Below are positions 1 to 12,932 of a stretch of DNA of 64,000 nucleotides, piece after piece. The stretch lies in NCBI RefSeq assembly GCF_009914755.1, contig NC_060935.1; one strand, given 5' to 3'. How positions within the stretch are numbered: the first letter of the stretch is position 1; each line of letters opens with the position of its first letter. The stretch comes from the human T2T-CHM13v2.0 reference genome, Homo sapiens. Made by a program: the position numbers and the translations under genes. The notes beneath the pieces are model-generated. The model was not told the DNA's origin. It worked only from the letters and a program-made list of their open reading frames with translations, and made no database searches.

Positions 1-473
1 ACTATATGTAACGAATAGTATTTAACATATAGTTACTATTTTGGGTGAACAACAATAAAAGTTGAAGGGGATAAATTATTGTGGGTATTTGGAATAAATA
101 TATTTTATGACATACAAAGTGAAGAAAGCTTTTACCAACGTAAATTCTGTTTAAAGATTTTAGAATGCCTAATAATATTACACTAATATAATTAATAAAT
201 TAATTAAATAAATACTTTAGAGTCACATATATGAGATACAAATCTAAGATTGCTATCATTTTACCATATGAATTTAAAAACTGCAAATAGATATTCAGGA
301 GATTAACGGACCACAAAAAAATTTACATCTATTTGTTAGTTAATGAAAAATAAAGAGCTAGTTTCTAATTTGAAAGCTTCATAGTAAGTATGAATTAAAA
401 GAATTGTGCATTTTTTACAAAATAAAAATATGGTCATTATAATTTTGTAATATTTATTTATATATTTTATATA

Positions 474-552
474 TACACACATACATGCATAAACACACAC
501 ACGCACACACACACACACGCACACGCACACACATGCACACGCACACACACAC
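474..552. repeat. Imperfect (CA)n microsatellite
   Basis: acacacacacgcacacacacacacgcacacgcacacac run. Confidence 0.9.
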
Positions 553-1964
553 CCCACATTGGGTGCTCTTTCGTTTCTCCACTCTGATAAAGCTTTATAC
601 TTGATATAGTTCAGCAACAGTTCTTTTTAAAGATAAGGAATTTAATAGTGACACCCTGAAATTGTGATTGTTTAAATCTATAAAGAATTTGGGAGCAAAA
701 TCAAAAATGATCAGTAGGCTAGAAATATTTCTATCATTAAATGACAGATAGTATTTTCTTGTTTTACAATTTCTATGAAGAACATTTACAATTAGAAAAC
801 ATATTCAATATATTCTGAGTTTTTGTTACAAATCAAAAATAGAAAATAAAATGAAGTGAAAAACTATTTTATCTGGTGTTTTACCCATTTTAGAGGTTGA
901 GGACACATTTTCTATAGCTTTGATTTGTTTATTATATATCTGGACATCTAGACCCTTTATAGTGTATACAAATGTCAAGCATTTAGATTTTTATAAATAG
1001 AGACTTTCTCTGGTCTTACTGTACAATTTCTTAGAGAAATGAGTGTTCCTTTGAATTGAAAGAGCCCTGCAGCTGTGTTTGATAGAACTGCCAAAAGCCA
1101 TCTATAAAACTATTAAGAGTGAAGAACTATTACAGTTGAATTCAGCATTTTATATATATGTTTTGTTTGACCACAAATAGCAACTGGATTGTAAAGCCTT
1201 TTAGTTATTTATAATGCATTTATATCATAAGGCTTGGTGGTGATATTAATAAAGGATATTATCAAAATAGAATGCTAGGTAAAATACTATAAATATATAG
1301 ATATATTTATTACCAATGGAAAATGATTACATAATTTATCAAAAATATATTTATGCCAAAGTTTTCCTGTAAGCAAGGGACTCTTTTCAGTGGCTTCTAT
1401 TAAACTTAGGGTACAGCATATAAAATAAAATTACAAGAACTACATAGATAATATAAACAGAACAAATTAATGAAACTGAATTCACAAACTATACAAAAAA
1501 TTATTACGCAATACCTTCTATGTGTTTCTGTGGTTTTATAACATCTACCCTACAATCACACATGAACTCTCCTTCAAAATGTTTAGAACATATTAAAAAA
1601 AGGACAAGTAAATGTTTGCACATATTCCAAGATAGATGCACACCTTAAAAATAAGGTAATGACATTATGATGGTGCTAAGGAGGATACTAATAAAAATAA
1701 TACTGATTAAGCTCTTTGCCCAAATCATTCAGATGCCAAATGACAGAGCCAGATTCAGATTCGGGTCTGCATTTTTCTCAGGGTCTGTTACATGTGTTAG
1801 AGAAGGTGCACATGGTTCAGAAGAAAGGTAAGAACAGAACAAAATCTGGGAGAATTCAACAAATTTATTTCCATTCTCTATTAGATTTAGGAATAAAAAC
1901 TCTATTGTTTGCAGAGCATCTTCACAAATATTTACTCTGGAAAAGGTGCCATGTGAATAAAACC

Positions 1965-2105
1965 AGGAAGGAATGGTAGGTCAAATTCCATTTCACATGT
2001 GAGGAAGTGAACTGTCACAAGCTAAGAGCATTGCTCAACGTTGCACAACCTCACTGTAGACTGGTGGAGATGAAGACATGTCTACAAACTGTTTTTATTG
2101 CTCTT
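1965..2105 (-). mobile_element. MIR SINE fragment (degenerate)
   Basis: tttcacatgtgaggaagtga...ttgctcaacgttgcacaacc resembles the reverse MIR core attttacagatgaggaaactga...ttgcccaaggtcacacagc. Confidence 0.5.
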
Positions 2106-2156
2106 TTTACTAGTTTGTCAAACTATCCATCTTTACTAGTTTGTCAAACTATCCAT
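2106..2156. repeat. Exact 25-bp tandem duplication (period 26)
   Basis: tttactagtttgtcaaactatccat at 2106-2130 and 2132-2156. Confidence 0.95.
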
Positions 2157-2853
2157 ACCTATCTTAAAAGGAGCTATAATTTCATGATGAGAACACTTCA
2201 TAGTGATTGTTGCAGCCAATTTAAAGAACATTGTGGATATTCATTGATTTTTTTAATGAAAAAAAGGTGTAATTTTTTATTCATTTATTTTTAATATTGA
2301 AATGGTTACGCTTTGGATTCTATCTTAGCAAGTTCAGATTTCAGGAAAGTAGTTGAATAAATATACTCATTTCTGAAGCCAAGGCAAGTTTCATGAAGAC
2401 TGTCTTCTAATGTGTATGTCTTCATATTATAGTATACATACACAAGCATCCTGTAAAGCATAGCTTTAAGAGAAATGTAAGAAAGTGGAGAATTTGGGAA
2501 AAATATAAACAAAAGTATGAGAGGATCACAATCATACTTTTCTGTATTGTTCTAATGTTTACAAAGTAATTATCAAGTATGTCACCTAATTTTTTATCAT
2601 TAAGCCTCTGAAAGAAGTATCATTCCTATTTTACGCTTAAGAGACAAGAGGTTGACTCACCAAAGGTCCCACAGGGATAGAAGGGAAATTTAGTGAGATG
2701 AAATTCCTTGTTCTTCATGCTATATCACAATGCCTTTCTCCCCCTGAACACCTAAAACTGAAATTCTCGCGGAGTTTTGAAACCACATCCATGTGAATGC
2801 AATCTCAAATGTCCCGTGTTTATGAGACTTCTCAAACAAAAGAGTGTATTCTT

Positions 2854-3119
2854 TTTTTAACTCCTATTTTTGGTTTGGGGGTACATGTGCAGGTTTGTTA
2901 TATAGGTAAACTCATATCACGGGGGTTTGTTGTACAGATTATTTCATCACCCAAATATTAAGCCTAGTACCCATTAGTTATTTTTCCTGATCCTCACCCT
3001 CCTCCCACCTTCAAGTGGGCCCCAGTGTTTGCTGCTCCCTTCTCTGTGACCATGTGTTCTCATCATTTAGCTCCCACTTAAAAGTGAGAACATGCTATAT
3101 TTGGTTTTCTGTCCCTGCA
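2854..3119 (-). mobile_element. 5'-truncated L1 3' end (old L1PA class) with decayed 21-bp TSD
   Basis: ggtacatgtgcaggtttgttatataggtaaa...catttagctcccacttaaaagtgagaacatg is the antisense L1PA 3' UTR; flanks caaacaaaagagtgtattctt (2833-2853) and caaacaaaacaatatattctt (3120-3140) match 18/21; TT|AAGA endonuclease site on minus strand. Confidence 0.9.
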
Positions 3120-4089
3120 CAAACAAAACAATATATTCTTAAGAGTTTATTATTGGACCTAGTCTTACTTATTGTACCTATGATAACATATCATAAATCA
3201 CTTATTTATTTTTTGATTTACACGTGTCTTTTTTACATACTCCATTTACACAAGTTAAAAAATTACAAAATAAAAAATCATTCCCTCTCCAAGTATGCAG
3301 AGATAATAATTAAAATTCAGCTTCAGAGATTTTAACCACATGTAATAAACTCATTCATTATAATGGTAATAATATTTCAAATATGTCAAATTATATGTTG
3401 TATCTAGGTTTTTTCTTATTTATGCATTTTTGCTAGTTGGGGTTACAAAAATAAAAAGGAAAATTATTAGGGGTTGAATGTAAATTTCACTGTCTATTTA
3501 GTCAGTAGGTAAAAAGTTGTGATTAGGAAAATAGGACAGACACTAAGATATAAAATTATTTTATAATTACAAAAAACATTCTGTCAAGCGTATTTCAGAT
3601 TTTAAAATTACTCATATCCGAAAGGATACTGATTTGTGTTTTTTTATTAAAGTTTCTATCTTTAGGAATTAAAAATTTATAGCTAGAGAGTAATAGGCCA
3701 ATAAGAAAAATTTAAGGCAAAGTATAGTATTATTTTCGAGTTATGATATAACACTTTGTTTTTAAAGATAAGTTAATGTAATATATAATATGAATGAATA
3801 ACATACACACATAATACATGCAAATAGTATTGTATATATGTATGCATAAGGTATCATGTTTGCCAGTGCATTTGCTATGCACAAATTATGTATCCATTTA
3901 TTTTCTGAATTTAAACAAATACGATCACATATTCTTGCTTTTTTTGTATACTCCCCCTCTTTTCCATGTAAATAATCTAGTATTTTTCCTCTGCGCCCTT
4001 ACTTCTAAAATCCTATACCCATATATGTTAGTATGTTTACACATAAGTATTAATATTAATATATTCACATGCCATGTTTTGTAATGTCA

Positions 4090-4960
4090 CCATTTTTTTG
4101 CTTAAAAAGTGAGATCATACTAAATACAATTTACTTGTGTCTTCATTACTCAATGACATTTATCTGCAGTGGTGAGCAAGTATAGCTCCAATTCACTCCT
4201 TTAAATTGTTATATGCTAATATATGGCAAAGAAAACTCACAGGTTTTTCAACTGATAGGCATGGTCTTTGTTTTGACATGTTTTCTTCCTGAACTACAGT
4301 AATTTTATTTGGATGGGATATATTCTGAGGACAAGAACTGTTGAGTCTTGGTTTAAAGGAATGTGTGTGTGTGTTAGTGTGTGTTTTATGTGCCTGTGGA
4401 AATTGAAAGGAGGTTTACAAAATTGCTTTTGAAAATAATTTCACATTTCTAGGAGTATTGAATAAGAGTACCTTTTGCTCTGCACTTCTGAAAACAGTCC
4501 ATGTTATAATTTTGTTTATTTCTTCCAGACTCATGTGGTATAAAAACAATATCTCGTTATTTGAAATTTTATTTTCTAGGCTAATAGAAAAATTTAGCAC
4601 CATTTCATATATTTTGGTCACTCTGTAAACTGTCTATTCATAACCTTTTATCATTTTTTCACTTTTTTAATTTTCCTTGTCAATTTGTAAGTCCTTTCTG
4701 TATTATATAAATATTAATCTTCATCTGTTACCTGAAGCGAAAATATTGTCCCTATATATTGTTTTCTTATAGAATTCATTGTTCATAATTTTTATCATGC
4801 AAAAGTTTTAAATCTGTATGTAGTCTAATGTGGCTATCTTTTTGTAACATCTGGGATTGCTATTATTGCAAACATAGATTCATATTTCTTAACTCTATTA
4901 ATTTATTGTTTACATGTAAGCATTTCATTCATTTGGGGATGTATGTAAACTGCCTTAAAT
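4090..4960 (-). mobile_element. Ancient L1M (L1ME-like) fragment
   Basis: T-rich antisense L1 motifs such as aatttgtaagtcctttctgtattatataaatattaatc and aaagttttaaatctgtatgtagtc; boundaries approximate. Confidence 0.55.
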
Positions 4961-5376
4961 ATATATATTTTAAGATTTTGTATTTTAATTCTTCTGTGTA
5001 ATTGTTTTTTGATGCTCAATCAAATGTGGATAGTGCTCTTTACACATGTACAATGCCTCCCTCATTAAAGATTTAGAACTTTCTTTAAGAAAAAATGGAA
5101 TTTTAAAAATATTTTTGTTCACAGGTGCCTACTGCTAAAATATAGAAAGGGTAAAGTCAATATTATGATAATTTTTAAACACAAAATATCTCTTGGAAGT
5201 TTACAATCATCAAAAGGAGATTCTTTTATCTCTTCCTTTAAATGTCACTAAATATAACTATACTTTGTTTCAAAATTTGGTCCAAATCATTATTTCTGAA
5301 AACAAGAAAACTACACACAACTAAAAATTAGCATCAAAATTCTTACTTCATATTCACAATCCTCTTGTTTTTAGAG

Positions 5377-5570
5377 AGGCAGTGTGTAGAAAAAATATGG
5401 TATTATTGGATGGTTATCAAGGTTTTATTCACATATTCCCAATTACTAGCTATGTGTCCTTGACTAATTTAAGCCAATTTGATTGTCTGTAAAATGAAGA
5501 TAAAGCTGATCTCATGGTATTATGTTAGTATCAGTGGGACTTGTGAGGGCACTTAGGAATCCTACAAATG
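5377..5570 (+). mobile_element. MIR SINE
   Basis: ttactagctatgtgtccttgac...tctgtaaaatgaagataa...ctcatgg MIR core. Confidence 0.7.
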
Positions 5571-6834
5571 CTATGTATGTATAACATCACTGATGGGAAA
5601 TTCCAAACTCTTCGGAAGCAAGATGTGGGCATTTGTTTACTCTTAGTTGAATGGTATTGCATAGCTACTTGGAGCTACTTGTGATGAATCAGTATTTATA
5701 GATAAACTTAAAGAGATTATAGAATGATCCCCTTTTTCAATTGTCAAAACTTCTATTTATCTAAAAATCTACCATGCCATTATATTCAACCAGTAAAAAA
5801 AATGCAGTCCTAAAATACATGGATATTATAAAAGATCTGTAATATTTAATAGCTAACCAGTAATGTAAAACTAATGAACACATACAATGTCACATACCAT
5901 AAGTCCCATGAATATTGGTTAAAATAATAAGTAATAAGAAAATTGAATCGTAGAGTTAATTGTGACATGTAATTGAGATTTTAAAATTAAAATGTGTAAT
6001 TCTTCTTAGACAATATCTTCATAAGGGCAACAAAATAGAAATACCTACTCAATAGCCCCTGTTTATTGGGTTTAATGTAGTAAAACATTGATTGTTTAAA
6101 ATGTTTGCTTTTGAAGCTATTGTATCTCCTATATACATAAGAGCAGGTTTATTCTGAATGTGTTTCGTTTATCTATATTTAACTGAAAACTGTCAGTAAC
6201 CTCCAAAATAACACAATAGAAAATAAAACAATTTAACACTATTATCTTTGGGCTAAAATAAATGCTAATGCCAAAATGCTGAATCCATTTCATGTAAACA
6301 GGGGCGTTGACACTTGAAGTGATATTCCCTTGGGGTTGAGCAGTGAGGCTCAGATGCATACACATTTGTCAGTTTTGTGGTGTAATTTTCATAACTAACA
6401 TCATCATAATTACCCTCTTTGAAGATAGGTAAGGTGATAGGTGTATTTGAATTTGATATCATTCTCTTATACATCTAGAGTGACTTACACAAAGCATGTA
6501 CTTTTATTACGACACATTTGTGGCATAACTTTCAGTACAATCTGATTGACATGGGGTCTAAATCCCTGTAAATTCTCATACTGTAGAGCCTTCCTAAGCC
6601 AAATCATGAGAAAGCAAAGCTGATGTTCAGCACCCCTCGGGCATTCCATCTACCAAAGGAGTCTCTAAGGATATTCCTTAGCCTAAAATCTCCTAATTGA
6701 GCTTCTGAAATTAAGGTTTATTTCTAATGTGAACCATATGCTTAAACCATACTGGTGATCATGTAGTCCCTGAGATTCATGACATTTCCTCCTCTCAATA
6801 TTTCCTTTAAGCAGGGATTAAACTGTGACATTTG

Positions 6835-7025
6835 AAAGCCATGGCCTTTGGAGATAGAGTACTGAGATATGACTTTCACCTCTAACAGTTTTTAACTCTG
6901 TGGCCCTAGGAAAGAGGCTTAAGCTGCAAGCCTATTTTCCCTTTTTAAAAACAGACCTTACTCAGAGAGAATTCATGATGAATGAATAAAACAATCTATT
7001 TGACACCCTTAAAACAGTACTTGAA
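6835..7025 (+). mobile_element. MIR SINE
   Basis: ggcctttggagatagag...actctgtggccctaggaaag...cttaaaacagtacttg. Confidence 0.55.
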
Positions 7026-8324
7026 ATTAACTTTGGAAATACTTTGTTTTTATTATTTTGATAATGGAATTTCATGATGATAATTATTATGATAGTAATC
7101 ATAATGATAGCTACTATTATTGATTGAGCATCTTCTAGGGGAACTTCTTCCCATTATTTATTCTCTAAGTTTCACTTATTAATCAGGAGGACAGCTTTTA
7201 TTTTGTCTACTCTATAATACCTCTTTCAAAATGTTGGCATAATTAACCTCCTTGTCTTCTGAGCCAAAAAACATGTATTGCTTATCATAGACTTCTTTGT
7301 TTCTTTTTTTTTTTCTCTCTCTTTTTTTTGCTTCATTATATTTTACATACACATATGGATGAATACCAAGTGAAGTTTATTTATATTAATGTTTAAAATT
7401 ATGTTATGTAAAAACTTGTTTTATTCTGCTTTGTTTTTAAGGGCCCCTCTTAATTAAAAACGTTAAATTGAATTCTTTTATTTAAAATATTTATGCATTT
7501 CTTCATATTTATGAGTTAGATAAAGGTAATGGTAATGGCTTACAATTTATTCTTTCTCCTGCAACACCTAGCACAGAGCTACTTTACTGTTGATTCTTAA
7601 GAACACTTCTTAAGGTGAAAGATAATAAGAAAGGATGAAGGCTGGATGGGTTTGAATATTATAACTCTCTTTTCTTTCCCTATGTCAAAATGAATTTTAT
7701 TGGATGCCATGCTTTCCATTACATAGAATACATCAGCCATATGATCCCTAAGTGTAAAGAATTAAGTCAGCAAAAAGTCCTATTGTCTTAAGAAGTCCTC
7801 TGAAAACCAATAATTTGGTTTTCTGAAATTTGGGAGGTAATTTTGAGCACAGGCAGATATATCAGATGGTTTTTATGTGTCTTCTACGCTCCTTTTCATG
7901 TAAGGTGTTTCCTGTGTGATGCCAACAGTAATCAGCACAATTGCTGACACTACCCTGATCTTAGTTCCTTACTTTTATCCCGGAGAAAAAACTATCCTTT
8001 TGAAAAGTTCCATTATGTTCAGTGATCAATGATTGTGCATGTCAATTGAGCTTTATCGTCTTCAAATCTTATGAATATCAAAAACAAAGTTTTAAGAATC
8101 TGACACTAATATGCCTAAAATTGTACAAAAGTCTATTACATGTGAAAAACCTCAATATCTTATGAAAAATTGGTTTTATTTAATGATTTTTCAAGGAAAT
8201 TTATTCTGATTATGAGACACATACATTATAGTATGAACATCTAAGAAAATTTGTATAAAGATAAAGTTGGTTCAAAATTCTTGCTTTGGGGGAAAAAGGG
8301 AGAAAGGAAAAATTATTTTATTTG

Positions 8325-8535
8325 ATTTTTATTTCTTGAGGCAGGTTCTTGCCCTGTCACCCAGATGGGAGGGCAGTGGTGTGATCATGGCTCACTGCAG
8401 CCTTGACCTCTGGGGTTCAAGTGGTTCTCCCACTTCAGCCCCACAAGTAGCTGGGACAACACAACAGGTGTGTGCCACCATGCCCAGCTATTAATTTTTT
8501 TTTTTGTAGAGACAGGTTCTTACCATATTACCCTG
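8325..8535 (-). mobile_element. AluJ, 5'-truncated
   Basis: gatcatggctcactgcagccttgacctc (J-type right arm) plus part of left arm; probable decayed TSD aaaaattattttattt / aaagattatttcattt. Confidence 0.9.
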
Positions 8536-10831
8536 ATTAAAGATTATTTCATTTTACTTATCTTCTGAAAAGTCAAATTAGCTAAATACTACTCTAGTTG
8601 TTACCCGAAGCAAAATCCTGTGCATATTTGAGGTTAATAGTCTCTTAACTCAGTTAATCAATAAGTATTTATCATTTACTTTATATGCTGTTTACAGTTC
8701 TGGCTGTATTTTTCTGGTACATTTACATAGACCCTTGCGATTGAGAATGCAGGCATTATAAAGAAAAAATATCAGTTACACACTTCAATAAAAATACAGA
8801 TATTCTATAATTTTCAGTTACAAAATAGCATAACTCATGCTCACAGGATACCTATTTCTACAACTATGAACAATGAAGAGCAATGATTATTTTAAATTTT
8901 ATACAAGAAGATATTATTTAATATTATTTAATAATATTATTTAATTATTCTTGATTGTACCTTTCTTAGAATTTATAGGCTAAATTACTTACACAAAATT
9001 TGTTTGGATATTGTTACCCCTTTTTTGCACTTAATTATAATTTTATTTTGTTGAAATTAATTAAATGTAATTTTAGGATAAAAACATCTATCATATATAA
9101 ACCTACAAACATAGATTTTATGGGAGGCATTGAGTTAAAGTCTTACCATCCTCGGATTGTGAGATGCTATATTTGGGGATCTATAATATGAATTCACTGG
9201 GTACCTGGAGCAGGGGAAATGCTACATATAAAAGCAGAGGTAAAGGAAGACACACTTGGCTTACTCCACAGTGATGCAACATGAAGATGATAGATTTTAT
9301 TCAATCATGCAACATAGTTTGAGAAAACCTTCCTTTAGAATTTGTTCAATCGTTTGGAATTTTCAAGCAATGTATGCCTAAAGTTAGATCTGTTAAAAAT
9401 CCTCTCTCATCATTAATTTTACAAAGTTCATAAACTTGATCATAAACTAAGAAGTTATTTTTGTGTGTATTAGTATAAGATATTGTCCAAGAACAATTTC
9501 TGCAGTAAACTAAAATTTACCATTTTTCCAAGAAAATGCATATTAATTTATCTTCATTTTTTTATGTTAAACTTCAACATGACAGGATAGGTAATATTGC
9601 TACTTGAAAAGTTTGTTATCAGCTAATTTTATGTTTTTATAATTCTTTGAATGTACTGAAGATCCTTAGATACTTTTATTGCAAAGATTGTTAATGTTAG
9701 CTACAAAAAACAAGCACAATCTCCCTGTTAAATGTATTTAAGAGTTTAAGTGAATTAAAGTAAACAATTAAAACTTAGGTGTGCTCCATGTATTATTAGA
9801 ATGATACACTAACTTTGCTCTTTCCAAAAGAATTAAAAAAAAATAGTAACTTGAAAAGGACCTAGAAGAGTAAGGCATATAGAGAAAAATTTGGAATGAG
9901 AATAATATTGCAGAAAAAATGTTTTTTCTTCATGTAGCACTATAAAAACAGGAAATAGTCACACATATTGTAGAATTGTGTGCAAATACTTTTACTGAAT
10001 CATTTATTTTAATAGGTATTTAGTAAGAAAGAGTATAGATTTATCATTGTTATCATTGCTTTTGCCACTGGCAAAAGGGTGATAATATTGCAAGTTAGTT
10101 TGGAACTGTGGCCCTATTATTTGGTGCTCTAATTAATTGGTTTAGTGCATAATGAAGCTGAAAGACAATAAAACAGGGAAAGACAACATATTTGAAAATT
10201 GGCATGATTGAAGCTCTAGGCAAAATGATTAGAGGTGTTGTAGCTTGCATAACAAAGGTAGAAATATTTGATGTCTTGCTGAGGGTTTTCCCTTTCTAAT
10301 GTTGAAAATAAATTGCTGCTTGATTTTTAAGTTGTAATTTTCAGTAATTTATGTGAAATTCTTATCCAGCCCCTTCCCACCCAACTCATATTTATATTTA
10401 TATATTTTATCTTAGAAAACAAATCATCCATTACAACAGTATTACTTATTGCTTACTGCTCCCCACCGATCACCATAATCCATTTTACTATTTATTGAAT
10501 GAAATAGGCTTTAAAATAATAAAATCTCATTCACTCGGTAAGTAGCTGTGTCTATTATATACTATATTAAGCTCTAAGTTTGGCATAAGGTATAGAATGA
10601 TAAATAGAAGGTTAACATTGAATTACTGAATTTGAATTTCAATGATAGAAACAGATACATAAACAGATTGTGACAATATAGCATAATTTATTCTATGATA
10701 CAAATGTACAAGATATAGGAAGAACAGAGGATAAGTGATTAAGTTTGTCAGAGGAAGATGGAAGCAGGGGAAGTATAAAAATAAGTTCAGAAAGGAAATG
10801 GTGTTTGATCTGTTTCTGGATAAATCAATAA

Positions 10832-11509
10832 TATAGCCCACTGTATTCATGAATTCAATTGACCAACAATTGACGATATTTGAACAAAATAAATAAATAA
10901 ATAAGTACATAATATCAATACAACATTTTAAAAATGCATTATAACATCTGTTTACTTAGCATATACATTGTATTAGATATTATCACTAATCTAGAGATGA
11001 TTTCAAGTATAGAGGACAGGCCAGTTACAGTGGCTTACACAGGTAATCCCAGTGCTTTGGAAAGCATAGGTGGGAGGATCGCTTGAGGCCAAGAATTCAA
11101 GACCAACCTAGAAAACTTGGTGGGACTCCATCTCTACAAAAGATTTTTTAAAAGTTATCCAGGCATGGTGGCATGCGCCTGTATTTCTAGCTACTTTGGA
11201 GGCTGAGGCTGGAGGATTGCTTGATCCTAGGAGTTTGAGGCTGTAGTGAGTAATCATTGCACCACGGCACTTCAGCCTGGGCAACAGAGCAAGATCTTGT
11301 CTTAAAAAATAATAATAAATGAATAAAGCATATGGGAGGAAGCACATTAAACTATGAAAACATTTTGCCAACATAGCATAATGTATTACTGTGACGTATA
11401 TTGCATAATGGTTATAAGCAAAGCCTATGCCATTTTTTATAAGGGACTTGAGCATCTGCAAATTTTAGTATGGGGGGAGGTGCCCTGAACAAATAATGAG
11501 GAACAAGTG
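10832..11509 (-). mobile_element. MER2/Tigger3-type TcMar DNA transposon
   Basis: tagcatatacattgtattagatattatcactaatctagagatgatttcaagtat...ttttataagggacttgagcatctgcaaattttagta match the family consensus; ends in TG followed by TA. Confidence 0.85.
11019..11325 (+). mobile_element. AluJ (Jo/Jr-like) inserted in MER2
   Basis: Full dimer with gggaggatcgcttgaggcc and ggagtttgaggctgtagtgag; A-rich tail; decayed TSD aagtatagagga / aagcatatgggagga. Confidence 0.92.
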
Positions 11510-12580
11510 TACTTTGCCAGAAAGGATGATGGGAGAAGCCATTTTCAGCAGAGACAGATAAGTATGCGCAACCTCAAATAACAAAAATAAGAGCTGCAGT
11601 GTTTTTATGGAATTGCAGTTAGTCCAAGTGCTCTGGCATCTTGGACTATGGACAGAAGGAAGATTTAAAAGTTTTGAATTTAATCCTAAGGAAAATTGAA
11701 CTGCATTCTGTAAGTACTGGAGAATAAGAGAAGGCTTTAAAAAAAAAGGTTGGGAGTATGGATAAGACGTGAATTCTAAAACTTCTTAAATGGTAATAAC
11801 ATGGAGAAGAATGAAGATGAATGACACTGATACCACGAAGCCAGCTAGACAAGGATAGAAATAATACTCTGAAGACTTGACTGAGACCTTAATAAGTCAT
11901 TGTCTATTGACAATAGAATTCCCAATGCTAGGGTTGTTCATAGAAAATGCAAACTTCCAACTAGTTCTAACAATGAAATAACCACGTGAGTTTGTTAGTT
12001 TTTTTAAGATGACAAAGGTAAATGGTGGAAATATTCTTAGAAATATGGAAAATGGAATGATGAAGAAAATATCTTTTTTTCAGTTGGTGTCTTTAATGTA
12101 AATTTCAATCTTTCTAACGCTTATATTTTTGGTATCTATGTTACAGTCTATGTGCAATTCAAAAATGTAACACTTATCTTTTTCTCTCATTATGAAAGTG
12201 AGAGAAAGAAATTTAATTAAACCCCTTCGTTCATGTGATAGTAGGAGCCTTGTTAGTTTAATTGATACTTGGTCAAGGCAATATTGATTTGATAAAAGCA
12301 AATCTATTTCTAACCCCAACAATTAAAACATTTAAATTGGCTCCATCTTCTTTTTGATGAAAGGGCATACAACCATTATAAGCTTCCCATAAAATCAATG
12401 AAAAACATTAATAAGTGAATAAGCATCCATTTCATTGAATTCCATTTGCTTCATATTCTAATGCACTAACACATTGCAGTGTATGGATTCATCTGTGAGT
12501 TCCAGATATTCATGGTATCCTTGTATTTCTCTTCTATCACTTATGCCAAACTTAGAGATCTCTCTTATTCCCTCCTTGTG

Positions 12581-12610
12581 CTCTCTCTCTCTTTCTCTAT
12601 CAAGTAAACA

Positions 12611-12662
<52 letters not shown>
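12581..12662. repeat. (CT)n plus (CA)n(CG)3(CA)n microsatellite
   Basis: ctctctctct followed by acacacacacacacgcgcgcacacac... Confidence 0.95.
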
Positions 12663-12663
<1 letters not shown>

Positions 12664-12764
12664 TATACAAAGGATCAAGTCTTGTTTGGGTGCAAGTTGA
12701 ACCAAGAGCATGGTGTCCACATGACAGAGGTATTTCTTATTTAGTTAAGGTATGTGGCAGTCCT

Positions 12765-12932
12765 CATTTTAAATCATCACTCTGCTGTTTGCTAGCTATT
12801 TGGTTTTAGGCAAGTTACTTAATCTTTCTGAGCTCCATTATCTCAACCAAGAGCTATTTTGAGATTAAAAAATATAAAACATATAATGTGTTTAAGACAG
12901 TTCAATAAACCCAGAATAAAAAGTAGCTATTA
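12765..12932 (+). mobile_element. MIR SINE
   Basis: gctagctatttggttttaggcaagttacttaatctttctgagctc. Confidence 0.75.

Larger units (their letters stand above)
10525..11720 (-). mobile_element. L2 (L2c-like) 3' region, interrupted by MER2 and AluJ
   Basis: gaaacagatacataaacagattgtgacaata...aggaaatggtgtttgatctg resumes after the insertion as tttgccagaaagg...gccattttcagcagag, colinear with antisense L2. Confidence 0.6.

Noticed and set aside
336-617. ORFs with VCVC/HTHT runs (also 12458-12809)
   Set aside because: Translations of (CA)n microsatellites.
8911-8948. AT-only repeats and palindromes (also 25561-25600, 47595-47635)
   Set aside because: Expected low-complexity slippage products in AT-rich DNA.
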